Assembly: GCF_000023965.1 (NCBI RefSeq)
Contig: NC_013202.1
Span: 2,310,001 to 2,342,000, forward strand
Length of the DNA stretch: 32,000 nucleotides
Source of the DNA: Halomicrobium mukohataei DSM 12286
GTDB lineage: Archaea; Halobacteriota; Halobacteria; Halobacteriales; Haloarculaceae
Direction of reading: 5' to 3'
Below, piece by piece: positions 1-8,659 of this stretch; position 1 is the stretch's first letter; every line of letters begins with the position of its first letter. A model generated the notes under the pieces. It saw only the letters and a program-made list of their open reading frames with translations, was not told the origin of the DNA and made no database searches. The position numbers and the translations under genes were made by a program.

Positions 1-198
1 GCCCTCGTGACACCACTCGACCATCGACTCGACGGCCGACGCGGGGCCCTCGAAGACCGCCTCGACGCGGCCGTCCGAGAGGTTCTTCACCCAGCCGTCG
101 ACGCCCGTCTCGCCCGCGGTCTCGCGGGTGGTGGCGCGGTAGAAGACGCCCTGTACCTTGCCGCTGACGAACACGTGTGCGCGCGTGCGATCGGACAT
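1..198 (-). CDS. acyP: Acylphosphatase, N-terminal 66 codons; the 3' end lies beyond the window start
   Basis: Absent from the supplied ORF track (no stop inside the window). Reverse-strand translation from ATG 198-196 gives [66 protein letters not shown]. It carries both classical acylphosphatase signatures (V-x-G-x-V-Q-G-V-x-x-R and G-W-V-x-N-x3-G-x-V). Confidence 0.75.
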   Translation of the reverse strand, partial: MSDRTRAHVFVSGKVQGVFYRATTRETAGETGVDGWVKNLSDGRVEAVFEGPASAVESMVEWCHEG

Positions 199-234
199 GG
201 TCGAACGTGATGACGCCGAGACCCAAGAGCGTGT

Positions 235-1143
235 TCACGCCGGCTCGCCGCCGCTGCGGAGGAAATGGAAGACGTACGTCTGCGCGTAGCCGGCGTACTC
301 GCCGCCCAGCGCCTCACGGATCGCCCGCGAGGTGTCTGCGTAGTTGCCCCGATCGGCGGTCGGGAAGTACTCCTCGATGGTCGTCTTGATCCAGGTGTCC
401 AGCGGGACCGCCTGGAGGAAGTCGAGCGAGAACAGTAACACGCAGTCGGCGACCTTGTCTCCGACGCCGACGAACTGGGTGAGGTGGTCGCGAGCCTCCT
501 CGTAGACCATCTCGCGGGCCGCGTGCGGGTCCGCTTTCCCCTCGGCGACCATCGTCGCGGTCCGCAGGACGTACGGCGCGCGGTAGCCCAGCCCGAGGTC
601 TCGCAGCGCCGCCTCCGTCGTCGCTGCCAGCTGTTCGGGCGTCGGGTACGCGTGGTAGGTCTCGCCGTCGAACGTGACCGGATCGCCGTACGTCTCGCGC
701 AGCGCCTGTTGCATCCCGTGGATGCGGCCCACGCGCATCTGTGCCGAGCAGATAAAGGAGATCAGCGAGCCGAACGGCGGATCGCGGACGAGACGCATCC
801 CCCAGTACTCGTCGTACGCGTCCTGAACGACGGCGTCGTCGGGTGCCGTCGCACGGATCGCTTCGAGGTCGTCGTCCAGTCGGAGCAGTCGCCGGAGGTG
901 CGGCGTCGCGTCGATGTCGCTCTCCCATTCGAGGTGGCCGTCTCGCTGTCGAACCCTGATCACGTGGGCTCGACCGTCGACCCTGACGGTCGTCCAGTAC
1001 CACGCCGAGCCGCCGTGTGCGCCGTCCTGATCGTACATCCGACCGTCAGAGCGGTCCCAGAGGTACGACTGGCCGCTCTCGACGGTCGACTGGAGGTCGA
1101 CGCCACCCGGCAGGCTCGCGGTCGCTATCTGGCCCCGTTGCAT
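235..1143 (-). CDS. ogg: 8-oxoguanine DNA glycosylase / AP lyase, OGG1-type HhH-GPD family (302 aa)
   Basis: SLISFICSAQMRVGRIHGM, LGLGYRAPYV and VGVGDKVADCVLLFSLDFLQAVPLDTW align by eye with the human OGG1 blocks (FSFICSSNNNIARITGM, LGLGYRARYV, GVGTKVADCICL...AVPVD). These include the catalytic Lys and Asp positions. Composition is acidic and halophile-like. Confidence 0.85.
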   Translation of the reverse strand: MQRGQIATASLPGGVDLQSTVESGQSYLWDRSDGRMYDQDGAHGGSAWYWTTVRVDGRAHVIRVRQRDGHLEWESDIDATPHLRRLLRLDDDLEAIRATAPDDAVVQDAYDEYWGMRLVRDPPFGSLISFICSAQMRVGRIHGMQQALRETYGDPVTFDGETYHAYPTPEQLAATTEAALRDLGLGYRAPYVLRTATMVAEGKADPHAAREMVYEEARDHLTQFVGVGDKVADCVLLFSLDFLQAVPLDTWIKTTIEEYFPTADRGNYADTSRAIREALGGEYAGYAQTYVFHFLRSGGEPA

Positions 1144-1200
1144 CGACTCGTCGTCGGGGCTTGGGCGGTTTCTAGTTTTCGAGAGCGTGACGGGCTAACC

Positions 1201-1208
1201 TTCTTAAT
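1201..1208 (+). promoter_or_regulatory. TATA-like box (TTCTTAAT) for the UPF0212 gene
   Basis: AT-rich octamer centred about 26 nt upstream of ATG 1231, in an otherwise GC-rich spacer. The spacing fits haloarchaeal leaderless promoters. Confidence 0.35.
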
Positions 1209-1230
1209 ACTGGCAGTCGAATCGACATGT

Positions 1231-1716
1231 ATGGATTGTCGAGTTGTCGTCGAGGCCGCTGTGCCCGTCTACGACGTGGAAACTCCCGACGAGGCGGTCC
1301 GGATCGCGATCTCGAAGACCGGCGAGATGCTCAATCCGGACCTCAACTACGTCGAGATCAACATGGGTGAACGCCAGTGTCCTCACTGTGGCGACGAACT
1401 CGAACCCGCCTTCATCGCTGCCGACGAGAGCCTGGTCGCGCTCGAACTGGAGATGACCGTCTTCAACGTCGAGCGCGACGAACACGCCGCCCGGATCGCT
1501 CGCAAGGAGATCGGGCAACGCCTCGAGAACATCCCGCTGGAGGTACTACAGATCGAAACGATCGAGGAGACAGACGACTCCGACGCCGAGGAGCCAGCGG
1601 ACTCGACCGACGACGAGGCCGACGGTGCCGCGTCCGACACTGACGAGGTGGACGCGGAAACGGAGTCGGATTCGGACGACGTGTTACCAGAGTTCGACGA
1701 GTTAATGAACGAATAA
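1231..1716 (+). CDS. UPF0212/DUF555-family archaeal protein with a poly-acidic C-terminal tail (161 aa)
   Basis: In-frame ATG inside the artefactually long 484..1716 ORF, whose upstream part is Arg-rich junk antisense to ogg. MDCRVVVEAAVPVYDVETPDEAVRIAISKTGEMLNPDLNYVEINMGERQCPHCGDELEPAF... matches my memory of the UPF0212 core with its CxxC. The last ~55 residues are almost entirely D/E/S/T. Confidence 0.75.
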   Translation: MDCRVVVEAAVPVYDVETPDEAVRIAISKTGEMLNPDLNYVEINMGERQCPHCGDELEPAFIAADESLVALELEMTVFNVERDEHAARIARKEIGQRLENIPLEVLQIETIEETDDSDAEEPADSTDDEADGAASDTDEVDAETESDSDDVLPEFDELMNE

Positions 1717-1793
1717 CGTCGGCGTTTCTCACGCGACAGAGCACTGTCCGTCGATTGCTGTAGATATCGACGACGGGTGACTGAGAGTGGAGT

Positions 1794-2030
1794 TCAGTCG
1801 GCAGCAGCAGAAACAGGTTCTTTTTCTTCGGCGTTCATCTCGGACGTAATACCCTTCGCGAGGGCAAATACAGCGGCCTTGTGATCCGTCTTCGACTTGT
1901 GAATCGAGGTCGGCTGGACACCGAGATCGACGTACTTGTCGTGTTCTACTGTGTCCCCTGTCTCTTGTTCGTAGTGGTTCTGTACCTGTGCAAGCAGGCC
2001 GTGGAGATGGATGAGTTCCTGCTTCTTCAT
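1794..2030 (-). CDS. UPF0058-family small protein (78 aa)
   Basis: MKKQELIHLHGLLAQVQNHYEQETGD...SIHKSKTDHKAAVFALAKGI resembles conserved archaeal UPF0058 proteins. I prefer ATG 2030 over the ORF-track start at 2042. A TATA-like ACTATAAC (minus strand, about 2056-2066) sits about 30 nt upstream of ATG 2030. Confidence 0.7.
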   Translation of the reverse strand: MKKQELIHLHGLLAQVQNHYEQETGDTVEHDKYVDLGVQPTSIHKSKTDHKAAVFALAKGITSEMNAEEKEPVSAAAD

Positions 2031-2246
2031 AGTCACCCACACCTAGAAACCGAAGGGTTATAGTACTACTCTGAGTGTAGTTAACACACACCCCTGAATT
2101 ACGGTCCCGAAGTAGACGGATTGTACTCCGCTCTCGTCGAAACGAATGCGGTGTCTACTGCCTCTTGGCCGCGGCGTAGTCACTGTCTACGCTCTGTTCA
2201 GGCGGAGCGTGAAAGATTTTTGGTCGCCGCTGTGTTGGGTGAGGAT

Positions 2247-2651
2247 ATGGACTACGACGAGATGCTCGACCAGGCGATCGAGGAGTCGCCGGAGATCGAG
2301 GGCGACGGCGAACGGTTCGAGGTCCCCGACCCGGACCTTCGCCAGGAGGGGAACGCGACGGTGTTCGAGAACTTCCAGTCGGTCTGTGATCGACTCTCGC
2401 GAGCGGACGAACACGTGATGCAGTTCCTCCAGAACGAGGTCGGGACGAGCGGCCACATCGACGAGAGCGGCCGGGCCAGGCTCACTGGAGAGTTCCGGGA
2501 GCGACGCATCGCCGACGCGCTCGACGCCTACGCCGACGCCTACGTACTGTGTCCGGAGTGTGGGCTCCCCGACACGAAGCTCAAGGACGAGCAGGGCGCG
2601 ACGGTGCTGCGATGCGAAGCCTGCGGCGCGCAGTCGCCGGCCGGACCGTAG
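2247..2651 (+). CDS. eif2b: Translation initiation factor aIF2 beta subunit (134 aa)
   Basis: MDYDEMLDQAIEE...FEVPDP...NATVFENF...FLQNEVGTSGHIDESGRARLTGEF... and the C-terminal zinc ribbon CPECGLPDTKL...LRCEACG are typical of aIF2-beta. AGATTTTT box at 2214-2221 lies about 30 nt upstream of ATG 2247. Confidence 0.9.
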   Translation: MDYDEMLDQAIEESPEIEGDGERFEVPDPDLRQEGNATVFENFQSVCDRLSRADEHVMQFLQNEVGTSGHIDESGRARLTGEFRERRIADALDAYADAYVLCPECGLPDTKLKDEQGATVLRCEACGAQSPAGP

Positions 2652-2831
2652 CTACTGTAGTCCCTTCAGCGTCTCCAGGTCTCTGTCGGTTCTGGTGTAC
2701 TCCGCGAGTCGCCGACTGGCGTGACAGTTCGGACAGTGGTACGTGGCGTCGTGTTTCGGGAGCGCGGTCGGCGTCGACTCCCAGTCTTTCTTGCACTCGG
2801 GACAGAGCAGTCGCACGTAGGCCTCCTCCAT
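2652..2831 (-). CDS. Small one-zinc-finger protein (59 aa; CPxC...CPxC)
   Basis: MEEAYVRLLCPECKKDWESTPTALPKHDATYHCPNCHASRRLAEYTRTDRDLETLKGLQ. It has two CPxC knuckles 21 residues apart. I prefer ATG 2831 over the TTG start at 2846. The stop abuts the aIF2-beta stop with a 0-nt gap (convergent). Confidence 0.6.
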   Translation of the reverse strand: MEEAYVRLLCPECKKDWESTPTALPKHDATYHCPNCHASRRLAEYTRTDRDLETLKGLQ

Positions 2832-2910
2832 GGTTGTGAATAACACGCAATGAACGCCGAAAAAGGTTCGTGTTCCAGCAGCGAGCGCATCCGACGCGAC
2901 GAGCGAGGAG

Positions 2911-3885
2911 TTACGCCGGGAGGCCGTCGACGTCGAGCAGTTCCTTGTAGCGGTTGCGGATCGTGACCTCGGAGATGTCCGCGACGCCGCTGACCTCGCT
3001 CTGGGTGACCTTTTCGTTGGTCAGCAGTGCAGCGGCGTACACGGCCGCGGCCGCGATTCCGACCGGCGACTTCCCGCTGAGAATGCCACCGTCGCGAGCG
3101 GCTTCGATCAGTTCGCGTGCGCGTCGCTCGGTCTCGTCCGACAGCGACAGCTCGCTGCAAAAGCGCGGGACGTAGCTCTCGGGCTTTGCCGGGGCGACTT
3201 CCAGGCCCAGCTCCCGGATGATGTAGCGGTAGGTCCGGGTGAGTTCCATCCGTTCGACGCGTGAGACGTGGGTCATCTCGTCGAGTGACCGGGGGTTGTT
3301 CGCCTGACGCGCGGCGGCGTACAGCGCCGAGGTGGCGACGCCCTCGATGGAGCGGCCGGGCAGCAGGTCCTCGTCGAGCGCGCGGCGATAGATGACGCTG
3401 GCGGTCTCGCGGACGTTCTTGGGGAGTCCGAGCGCCGAGGCCATGCGGTCGATCTCGCCAAGCGCCTGCTTGAGGTTGCGCTCCTTGGAGTCGCGTGTCC
3501 GGAACCGCTCGTTCCAGGTGCGCAGACGCTGCATCTTCTGGCGCTGGGAGCTGGACAGGGAGTTGCCGTAGGCGTCCTTGTCCTGCCAGCCGATGTTGGT
3601 CGACAGCCCCTTGTCGTGCATCATCTTGGTCGTCGGCGCACCGACGCGGGACTTGCTGTCTCTCTCGCTGGCGTCGAACGCGCGCCACTCGGGCCCGTGG
3701 TCGATCTCGTCTTCCTCGACGACCAGTCCGCACTCTTCACACACCGTCTCGCCGTGTTCCGCGTCGAGCTGTGTGTGGCCGCCACACTCTGGGCAGAGAC
3801 TCTCGTCGACGCTTTCCTCCTCCGTCTCGATCTCTGTGCTGGTCTGCTGTTCGCCGCTGTTGGTTCGGGTGTGTATCTCGCTCAT
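2911..3885 (-). CDS. tfb: Transcription initiation factor TFB (TFIIB homologue, 324 aa from ATG 3885)
   Basis: N-terminal zinc ribbon CPECGG...CEECG, a B-reader/linker (GPEWRAF, SRVGAP) and two cyclin-fold repeats (ALGLP...IYRRA..., GKSPVGIAAAAVYAA). First ATG is at 3885; the ORF track begins at a GTG at 3912. Confidence 0.93.
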   Translation of the reverse strand: MSEIHTRTNSGEQQTSTEIETEEESVDESLCPECGGHTQLDAEHGETVCEECGLVVEEDEIDHGPEWRAFDASERDSKSRVGAPTTKMMHDKGLSTNIGWQDKDAYGNSLSSSQRQKMQRLRTWNERFRTRDSKERNLKQALGEIDRMASALGLPKNVRETASVIYRRALDEDLLPGRSIEGVATSALYAAARQANNPRSLDEMTHVSRVERMELTRTYRYIIRELGLEVAPAKPESYVPRFCSELSLSDETERRARELIEAARDGGILSGKSPVGIAAAAVYAAALLTNEKVTQSEVSGVADISEVTIRNRYKELLDVDGLPA

Positions 3886-3915
3886 AGTGGATGCCTCGAT
3901 TGCTGAGGGCACAAA

Positions 3916-3923
3916 CCTTAAAG
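3916..3923 (-). promoter_or_regulatory. TATA-like box (minus strand CTTTAAGG) for tfb
   Basis: 30 nt separate the box from ATG 3885, which supports that start. A second, stronger TATA (minus TTTATATA, plus 3965-3972) lies further upstream in the same AT-rich spacer. Confidence 0.35.
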
Positions 3924-4090
3924 AACAGGTTGCGACCTTCTTAACAAGTAGTTAGTTAGAAAAGTATATAAACCTTTTGGTAGCGGAAAGTAGGATTCGC
4001 AGGACTGCGCCGTGCTGTCAGTTGTCGTGGGTGTGTGGAACATCGACGCGAGACGGTCGCTCTCCCGCGGTGGTAACCGGTAGTGACCGT

Positions 4091-4375
4091 CTAGACAGTA
4101 AAGAGGTGGCCCTCGGTCGGCACGTCGAACAGCCCGATTCGTGCCCCGGCGTCGAGCCACGCGTGGCCGTAGGAGAACGACGCCAGCGCGTTGACCGGGT
4201 CGTCGTCCGCCCGGAAATGTCGGCCGTCTTCGAGATACGACGCCGCCATCTCCGCACACTCGACGGCCGCGTCGTGCATCGGCGTCCCCTCCGGTGGCGC
4301 GATCTCGGCCGCCGCGACGGCGTCCGCGAGCAGTCCCTCGTATCGATCGGTCTTCTCCCATAGCTCCGCAGCCAT
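4091..4375 (-). CDS. DUF357-family protein (94 aa)
   Basis: MAAELWEKTDRYEGLL...YLEDGRHFRADDDPVNALASFSYGHAWLDAGARIGLFDV matches the conserved DUF357 core as I remember it. ATG 4375 is preferred because the upstream ORF extension is Arg-rich. Confidence 0.7.
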   Translation of the reverse strand: MAAELWEKTDRYEGLLADAVAAAEIAPPEGTPMHDAAVECAEMAASYLEDGRHFRADDDPVNALASFSYGHAWLDAGARIGLFDVPTEGHLFTV

Positions 4376-4476
4376 ACCCGGTACAGACCGTCGAGTGGCT
4401 AAGCGGTTTCGCCCGATGGACGCGGACCGGACACGACAGCGCAACCTACAAAGCCCGCCACGAAGTAGGGTAAGTA

Positions 4477-5523
4477 ATGACTGACGACGTCGTCGAACAC
4501 CGGAGACTCATCATCGCTGGGACTGGTATCGCGGGGCTCACCGCCGCCATCTACGCCGCCCGCTCGAACAACGATCCCCTCGTCTTCGAGGGGGACGAAC
4601 CCGGCGGACAGCTCACCCTCACCACGGACGTGGCGAACTACCCGGGCTTCCCGGAGGGGATCAGCGGCCCCGACCTGGTCAACGACATGAAAGAGCAGGC
4701 CCAGCAGTTCGGTGCCGAACTCGATCACGGAATCGTCGAGAACGTCGACGCGAGCGATCGCCCGTTCCGCGTCGAACTCGCTAACGGCGACGCCTACACC
4801 GCCGACGCCGTTATCGCCGCCTCCGGGGCGAGCGCGCGCACGCTCGGCGTCCCCGGCGAGGACGAACTGATGGGCTACGGCGTCTCGACGTGTGCGACCT
4901 GTGACGGGGCGTTCTTCCGCGACGAGGACATGCTGGTGGTCGGCGGCGGCGACGCCGCCATGGAGGAAGCGACCTTCCTGACGAAGTTCGCCGACACCGT
5001 CTATCTCGCCCACCGCCGCGAGGAGTTCCGCGCCGAGGACTACTGGATCGATCGCGTTCAGGAACAGGTCGAGGACGGCGACATCGAGATCATGCGAAAC
5101 ACCGAGCTGCTGGAGATCCACGGCTCGGCCGAAGACGGCGTCGACCACGTCACGCTGGCCCGCAACGACGAAGGATACCCCTCTGAGGCGCTCGACGACC
5201 CCGAGACCGAGCAGTTCGACTTCGACGTGGGCGCGGTCTTCCTCGCGATCGGTCACACGCCCAACACCGGCTACCTCGAAGACACCGGCGTCGAACTGGA
5301 CGACGCCGGGTACCTCCAGACCGAGAGCGGCGTCGGCGACGGCGAGACCGCCACCGCCGTCGAGGGGCTGTTCGGTGCCGGCGACGTGGTCGATCACCAC
5401 TACCAGCAGGCCGTCACCGCCGCGGGGATGGGCTGTAAGGCCGCTCTCGACGCCGACGAGTACCTCGAATCGCTCCCAGAATCGTCCCAGGCCGCCGAGA
5501 CCGCGCCGCAGGCAGACGACTAA
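4477..5523 (+). CDS. trxB: Thioredoxin-disulfide reductase (348 aa)
   Basis: FAD GxGxxG (IAGTGIAGLTAA), the redox-active CATCDG, the NADPH site VVGGGDAAMEEA and the C-terminal FAD motif GAGDV. Confidence 0.9.
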   Translation: MTDDVVEHRRLIIAGTGIAGLTAAIYAARSNNDPLVFEGDEPGGQLTLTTDVANYPGFPEGISGPDLVNDMKEQAQQFGAELDHGIVENVDASDRPFRVELANGDAYTADAVIAASGASARTLGVPGEDELMGYGVSTCATCDGAFFRDEDMLVVGGGDAAMEEATFLTKFADTVYLAHRREEFRAEDYWIDRVQEQVEDGDIEIMRNTELLEIHGSAEDGVDHVTLARNDEGYPSEALDDPETEQFDFDVGAVFLAIGHTPNTGYLEDTGVELDDAGYLQTESGVGDGETATAVEGLFGAGDVVDHHYQQAVTAAGMGCKAALDADEYLESLPESSQAAETAPQADD

Positions 5524-5601
5524 GCGAACCGGATACCGACCGCCTCGTGCCGTGCTCGCCGACCCGCAGTCCCTTTACGTAGCGGTGGCCAACGCACAGT
5601 C

Positions 5602-5886
5602 ATGACAGACGACACTGTCACCGTGACACTCGAAGCCGGCGAAGAACGCGACGAACTGACCGTCCCGACCGCGCTCGTGGACATGCTCCGAGAAGGCGAA
5701 GAGTCCGACCCGGAAGTCGTCGGCGACATCGCGATGTTCGGCATGGCCCAGCGGATCCACGGTGCCGTCCACCACGCACAGGGCGAACCCGACGCCGAGA
5801 TCGAGTCCGTCAACGAGACCGCGATGGAACTGTTCGAAGAGCGCTTCGGCGCGACCTTCTCCGAGCTGACCGGCCACGATCACTAA
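5602..5886 (+). CDS. Small acidic conserved hypothetical protein (94 aa)
   Basis: Halophile-like acidic composition. CTTTACGT box at 5573-5580 is centred about 26 nt upstream of the ATG. No family recognised. Confidence 0.6.
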   Translation: MTDDTVTVTLEAGEERDELTVPTALVDMLREGEESDPEVVGDIAMFGMAQRIHGAVHHAQGEPDAEIESVNETAMELFEERFGATFSELTGHDH

Positions 5887-5896
5887 CTACGATCTC

Positions 5897-5901
5897 TTTT
5901 T
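5897..5901 (+). terminator. Oligo-T (T5) archaeal-type terminator after 5602..5886
   Basis: TTTTT lies 11 nt after the stop. It is followed by the GAGCCG-A-CGGCTC hairpin (5904-5916) in a convergent intergenic spacer. Confidence 0.4.
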
Positions 5902-5955
5902 GCGAGCCGACGGCTCCCGTACTGTCGGCTGTACGATAGCGGTCCATCGACACGC

Positions 5956-6627
5956 TCACGCCGCGTCTGTGACCGTCCACGAGAGGAGGACGCCGTCGTC
6001 TACCCGTTCGACGCCGTCGAGCGAGAGCGCCGGAAACTCCTCGACGAACCCTTCGCCGTCTGCCAGCGTCGGGGCGTCCCGTCCGCCGATCACCGTCGAG
6101 CCGACGAACACCGACAGTTCGTCGACCAATCCCTCCTCGAACAGCGAGAAGATCAGCTCGCCCCCGCCCTCGACCATCAGCTGGTCGATGCCGTCTCCCT
6201 CCAGCTTGGCGAGTGCGGTGACCAGATCGACGCGGTCCTCGCCGGCTACGATGACCGTCGCGCCCACGTCCTCCATCTGCGTGACGAAGTCCGTCAGTGC
6301 CGCCTGGCTGACCAGCAGGTAGGTGAGTGCCGCCTCGTCGAGGACGCGGGCGTCCGGCGGAGTCCTGACCTGTGAGTCGGCGACGACTCGCGCGGGATTT
6401 GCGGGCTCGCCACGGTCCTCGCGGGCCCGCTGGCGCTCGGGGTCGTCGAGTGTGAGTGACGGATCGTCGGCCAGCACCGTCCCGACCCCGACCATGACCG
6501 CGTCGCTCTCGGCGCGCAACTCGTCGACCCGGTCGAAGTCCCGCGTTCCCGAGATCTCGATCTGTTCGCGGCGGCGCGTCGACAGCTTCCCGTCGGCGCT
6601 CATGGCGGCGTTGACGACCACGTGCAT
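5956..6627 (-). CDS. 2,5-diamino-6-(ribosylamino)-4(3H)-pyrimidinone 5'-phosphate reductase (archaeal RibD-C/ArfC type, riboflavin biosynthesis; 223 aa)
   Basis: MHVVVNAAMSADGKLS...AVMVGVGTVLADDPSLT...DQLMVEGGGELIFSLFEEGLVDELSVFV is the typical RibD C-terminal reductase fold pattern. Confidence 0.8.
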   Translation of the reverse strand: MHVVVNAAMSADGKLSTRRREQIEISGTRDFDRVDELRAESDAVMVGVGTVLADDPSLTLDDPERQRAREDRGEPANPARVVADSQVRTPPDARVLDEAALTYLLVSQAALTDFVTQMEDVGATVIVAGEDRVDLVTALAKLEGDGIDQLMVEGGGELIFSLFEEGLVDELSVFVGSTVIGGRDAPTLADGEGFVEEFPALSLDGVERVDDGVLLSWTVTDAA

Positions 6628-6659
6628 GGTCGTCTGGAAGGAACTGGCGCAAAAACCGG

Positions 6660-7133
6660 TTACGAAACGCTACGTTCCGACTCGCGCTTGCCGTCGGCCA
6701 GTAGCTTCCGGGCGTCGATGGCTTTCTTGCCGTGGGCACTCGTCCGGAGTCTGACCGCCGGCCCGTCGAGCCAGAGTTCGCGAACGTCGACGACGATCTC
6801 GGACGACCAGCTCTTGATCCGGCCCTCGCCGTGGCTATCGATTTCGATAAAGGTACGCGGCGTTCGCTGGCGACCCATCGTCCACTCCGTGTCCCCCAAC
6901 TCCATCGTCTCCGCTTCGAGCGCTTCCCACTCGAAGATCACGACGTGTTGCCCGCGTGGCTGGTCCGATCGCTCGTGGTCGACCCGCGTTCGGGTCTCGT
7001 AGTCGACGCCGAAGTGCGCGGCCCACAGCTCCAGATACTCGAAGTCGAACTTCTTCTTGCCCTCTCCCTCGCCGTCTCTGTTCGTCCAGACGACGTGTGC
7101 GTCCGAGGGCTTCTTGCCGAATGCGCCGCCCAT
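6660..7133 (-). CDS. Hypothetical protein (157 aa from ATG 7133)
   Basis: MGGAFGKKPSDAHVVWTNRDGEGEGKKKFDFEYLELWAAHFGVDYE... reads as coherent, non-junk composition. The ORF track extends it to 7394, but the extra 87 codons are Cys/Arg/Ser-rich and run into the rpa1 promoter region. The start is uncertain. Confidence 0.5.
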   Translation of the reverse strand: MGGAFGKKPSDAHVVWTNRDGEGEGKKKFDFEYLELWAAHFGVDYETRTRVDHERSDQPRGQHVVIFEWEALEAETMELGDTEWTMGRQRTPRTFIEIDSHGEGRIKSWSSEIVVDVRELWLDGPAVRLRTSAHGKKAIDARKLLADGKRESERSVS

Positions 7134-7387
7134 GTCATCCACCCCGCTGGTGGTGCAGTTCGCGTCTGTCACCGAGCGAACGCAACTCGACCAGTCTCGC
7201 GATTCGTAACAGACGGACGGCCGGCAGTGTGACCCCGCACTGTGGCATACGCGTAGAGTACCGTTATCTCGAATAAAAATGTGCTGGCCGTGTATCACCA
7301 CGTCTGTCTGTCGGAGTTCGCCTCTGGTCGGTCTCGGGTCGGCGTACCACCGAACGCTTTTCATCGCCGCCGCCGAACCACGGCCCG

Positions 7388-8659
7388 ATGACACTCGACG
7401 AGCATGCCGAGGAACTCGCCTCCGACCTCGGTGTCGACAAAGAGGAGGTCAAAGAGGATCTGGCGAATCTCGTGAACTACTCCGTCCCGATGGACGAGGC
7501 AAAGCAGAGCCTCAGACGCAAGTACGGGGACGGCGGCGAGGGCGGGACGACGCCATCGAGCAAAGACATCGCCGAGATCTCGGCGAGCGATTCGAACGTC
7601 ACCGTCACGGCCCGAGTGCTGACGGTCGGCCAGCGGTCGATCCAGTACCAGGGCGACGAACAGGTGATCTTCGAGGGCGAACTCGCCGACGAGACCGGGA
7701 CGATCTCGTACACGGCCTGGGAGGACTTCGGACTGGCTGCCGGCGACACGATCACCGCGGGCAACGCGGGTGTCCGCGAGTGGGACGGGCGACCCGAGCT
7801 GAACCTCGGCGAGAGCACGAGCATCGAGCGATCCGACGACCCGCTGGACGTTCCCTACGAGATCGGCGGTGACGCCGAACTCGCAACGCTCGCGCCGGGC
7901 GACCGCGGGATCAACGTCGAGGTGCAGGTCCTGGAGGTCGAGGAGAAGACGATCGACGGCCGCAACGGCGAGACCGACATCCTCAGCGGCGTCTTCGGTG
8001 ACGAGAGCACCCGGCTCCCGTTTACCGACTGGGACCCACACGCCGAGATCGAAGCCGGCGCGTCGATCCGCATCGAAGACGTGTTCGTCCGGGAGTTCCG
8101 GGGTGCCCCGTCGATCAACGTCTCGGAGTTCTCGGCGGTGACGCCGCTGGACCGCACGGTCTCGGCGACCGAGAACGCACAGCGGATGCCGATTCGCGAG
8201 GCCGTCGACTCCGGGGGACTCTTCGACGTCGAGCTGACCGGCAACATCATCGAAGTCCGGGACGGCTCGGGCCTGATCGAGCGGTGTCCGGAGTGTGGCC
8301 GCGTCGTCCAGAACGGGCAGTGCCGGAGCCACGGGACGGTCGACGCCGTCGACGATCTGCGGACGAAGGCGATCCTCGACGACGGCAGCGGCACCGTGAC
8401 GGTCGTGCTCGACGACGAACTGACCGCCGACGTGTACGGCGGTGACCTCGCGGACGCGACCGAGCACGCTCGCGACGCGATGGACAAGGAGGTCGTCGCC
8501 GAGCGGATCGCCGACCGCATCGTCGGCCTGGAGTACGTCGTCCGCGGCTCGCTGTCGGTCGACGAGTACGGTGCGAACCTCGACGCGACCAGCTTCGAGG
8601 CGAGCGACGACGACCCGGCAGAACGTGCTCGGACGCTGCTCGCGGAGGTCGAGCCATGA
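7388..8659 (+). CDS. rpa1: Replication protein A (multi-OB-fold ssDNA-binding protein with zinc finger, 423 aa)
   Basis: The N-terminus MTLDEHAEELASDLGVDKEEVKEDLANLVNYSVPMDEAKQSLRRKYG is typical of haloarchaeal Rpa. It has repeated OB-fold segments and a zinc finger CPECGRVVQNGQCRSHG. It is the first gene of an rpa-rpap-phosphoesterase operon, as described for Haloferax volcanii rpa1. Confidence 0.88.
   Translation: MTLDEHAEELASDLGVDKEEVKEDLANLVNYSVPMDEAKQSLRRKYGDGGEGGTTPSSKDIAEISASDSNVTVTARVLTVGQRSIQYQGDEQVIFEGELADETGTISYTAWEDFGLAAGDTITAGNAGVREWDGRPELNLGESTSIERSDDPLDVPYEIGGDAELATLAPGDRGINVEVQVLEVEEKTIDGRNGETDILSGVFGDESTRLPFTDWDPHAEIEAGASIRIEDVFVREFRGAPSINVSEFSAVTPLDRTVSATENAQRMPIREAVDSGGLFDVELTGNIIEVRDGSGLIERCPECGRVVQNGQCRSHGTVDAVDDLRTKAILDDGSGTVTVVLDDELTADVYGGDLADATEHARDAMDKEVVAERIADRIVGLEYVVRGSLSVDEYGANLDATSFEASDDDPAERARTLLAEVEP

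Noticed and set aside
484-1230. Upstream 249 codons of the 410-aa ORF 484..1716
   Set aside because: This part is antisense to ogg and Arg-rich. The conserved UPF0212 sequence starts at ATG 1231, which has a TATA-like box at -26.
5919-5933. GTACTGTCGGCTGTA, a 13/15 match to the MITE-like TIR, in the convergent spacer after 5602..5886
   Set aside because: It is a single arm only, with no partner TIR and no interior similarity. It may be a degenerate solo end, but it is equally consistent with an ordinary terminator hairpin region (AGCCGAC...GTCGGCT).
6660-7394. Full 244-aa version of the minus-strand ORF, which overlaps the rpa1 start
   Set aside because: The N-terminal 87 codons are Arg/Cys/Ser-rich and cross the rpa1 promoter and start codon. 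I kept the ATG 7133 version and flagged the uncertainty as a finding.
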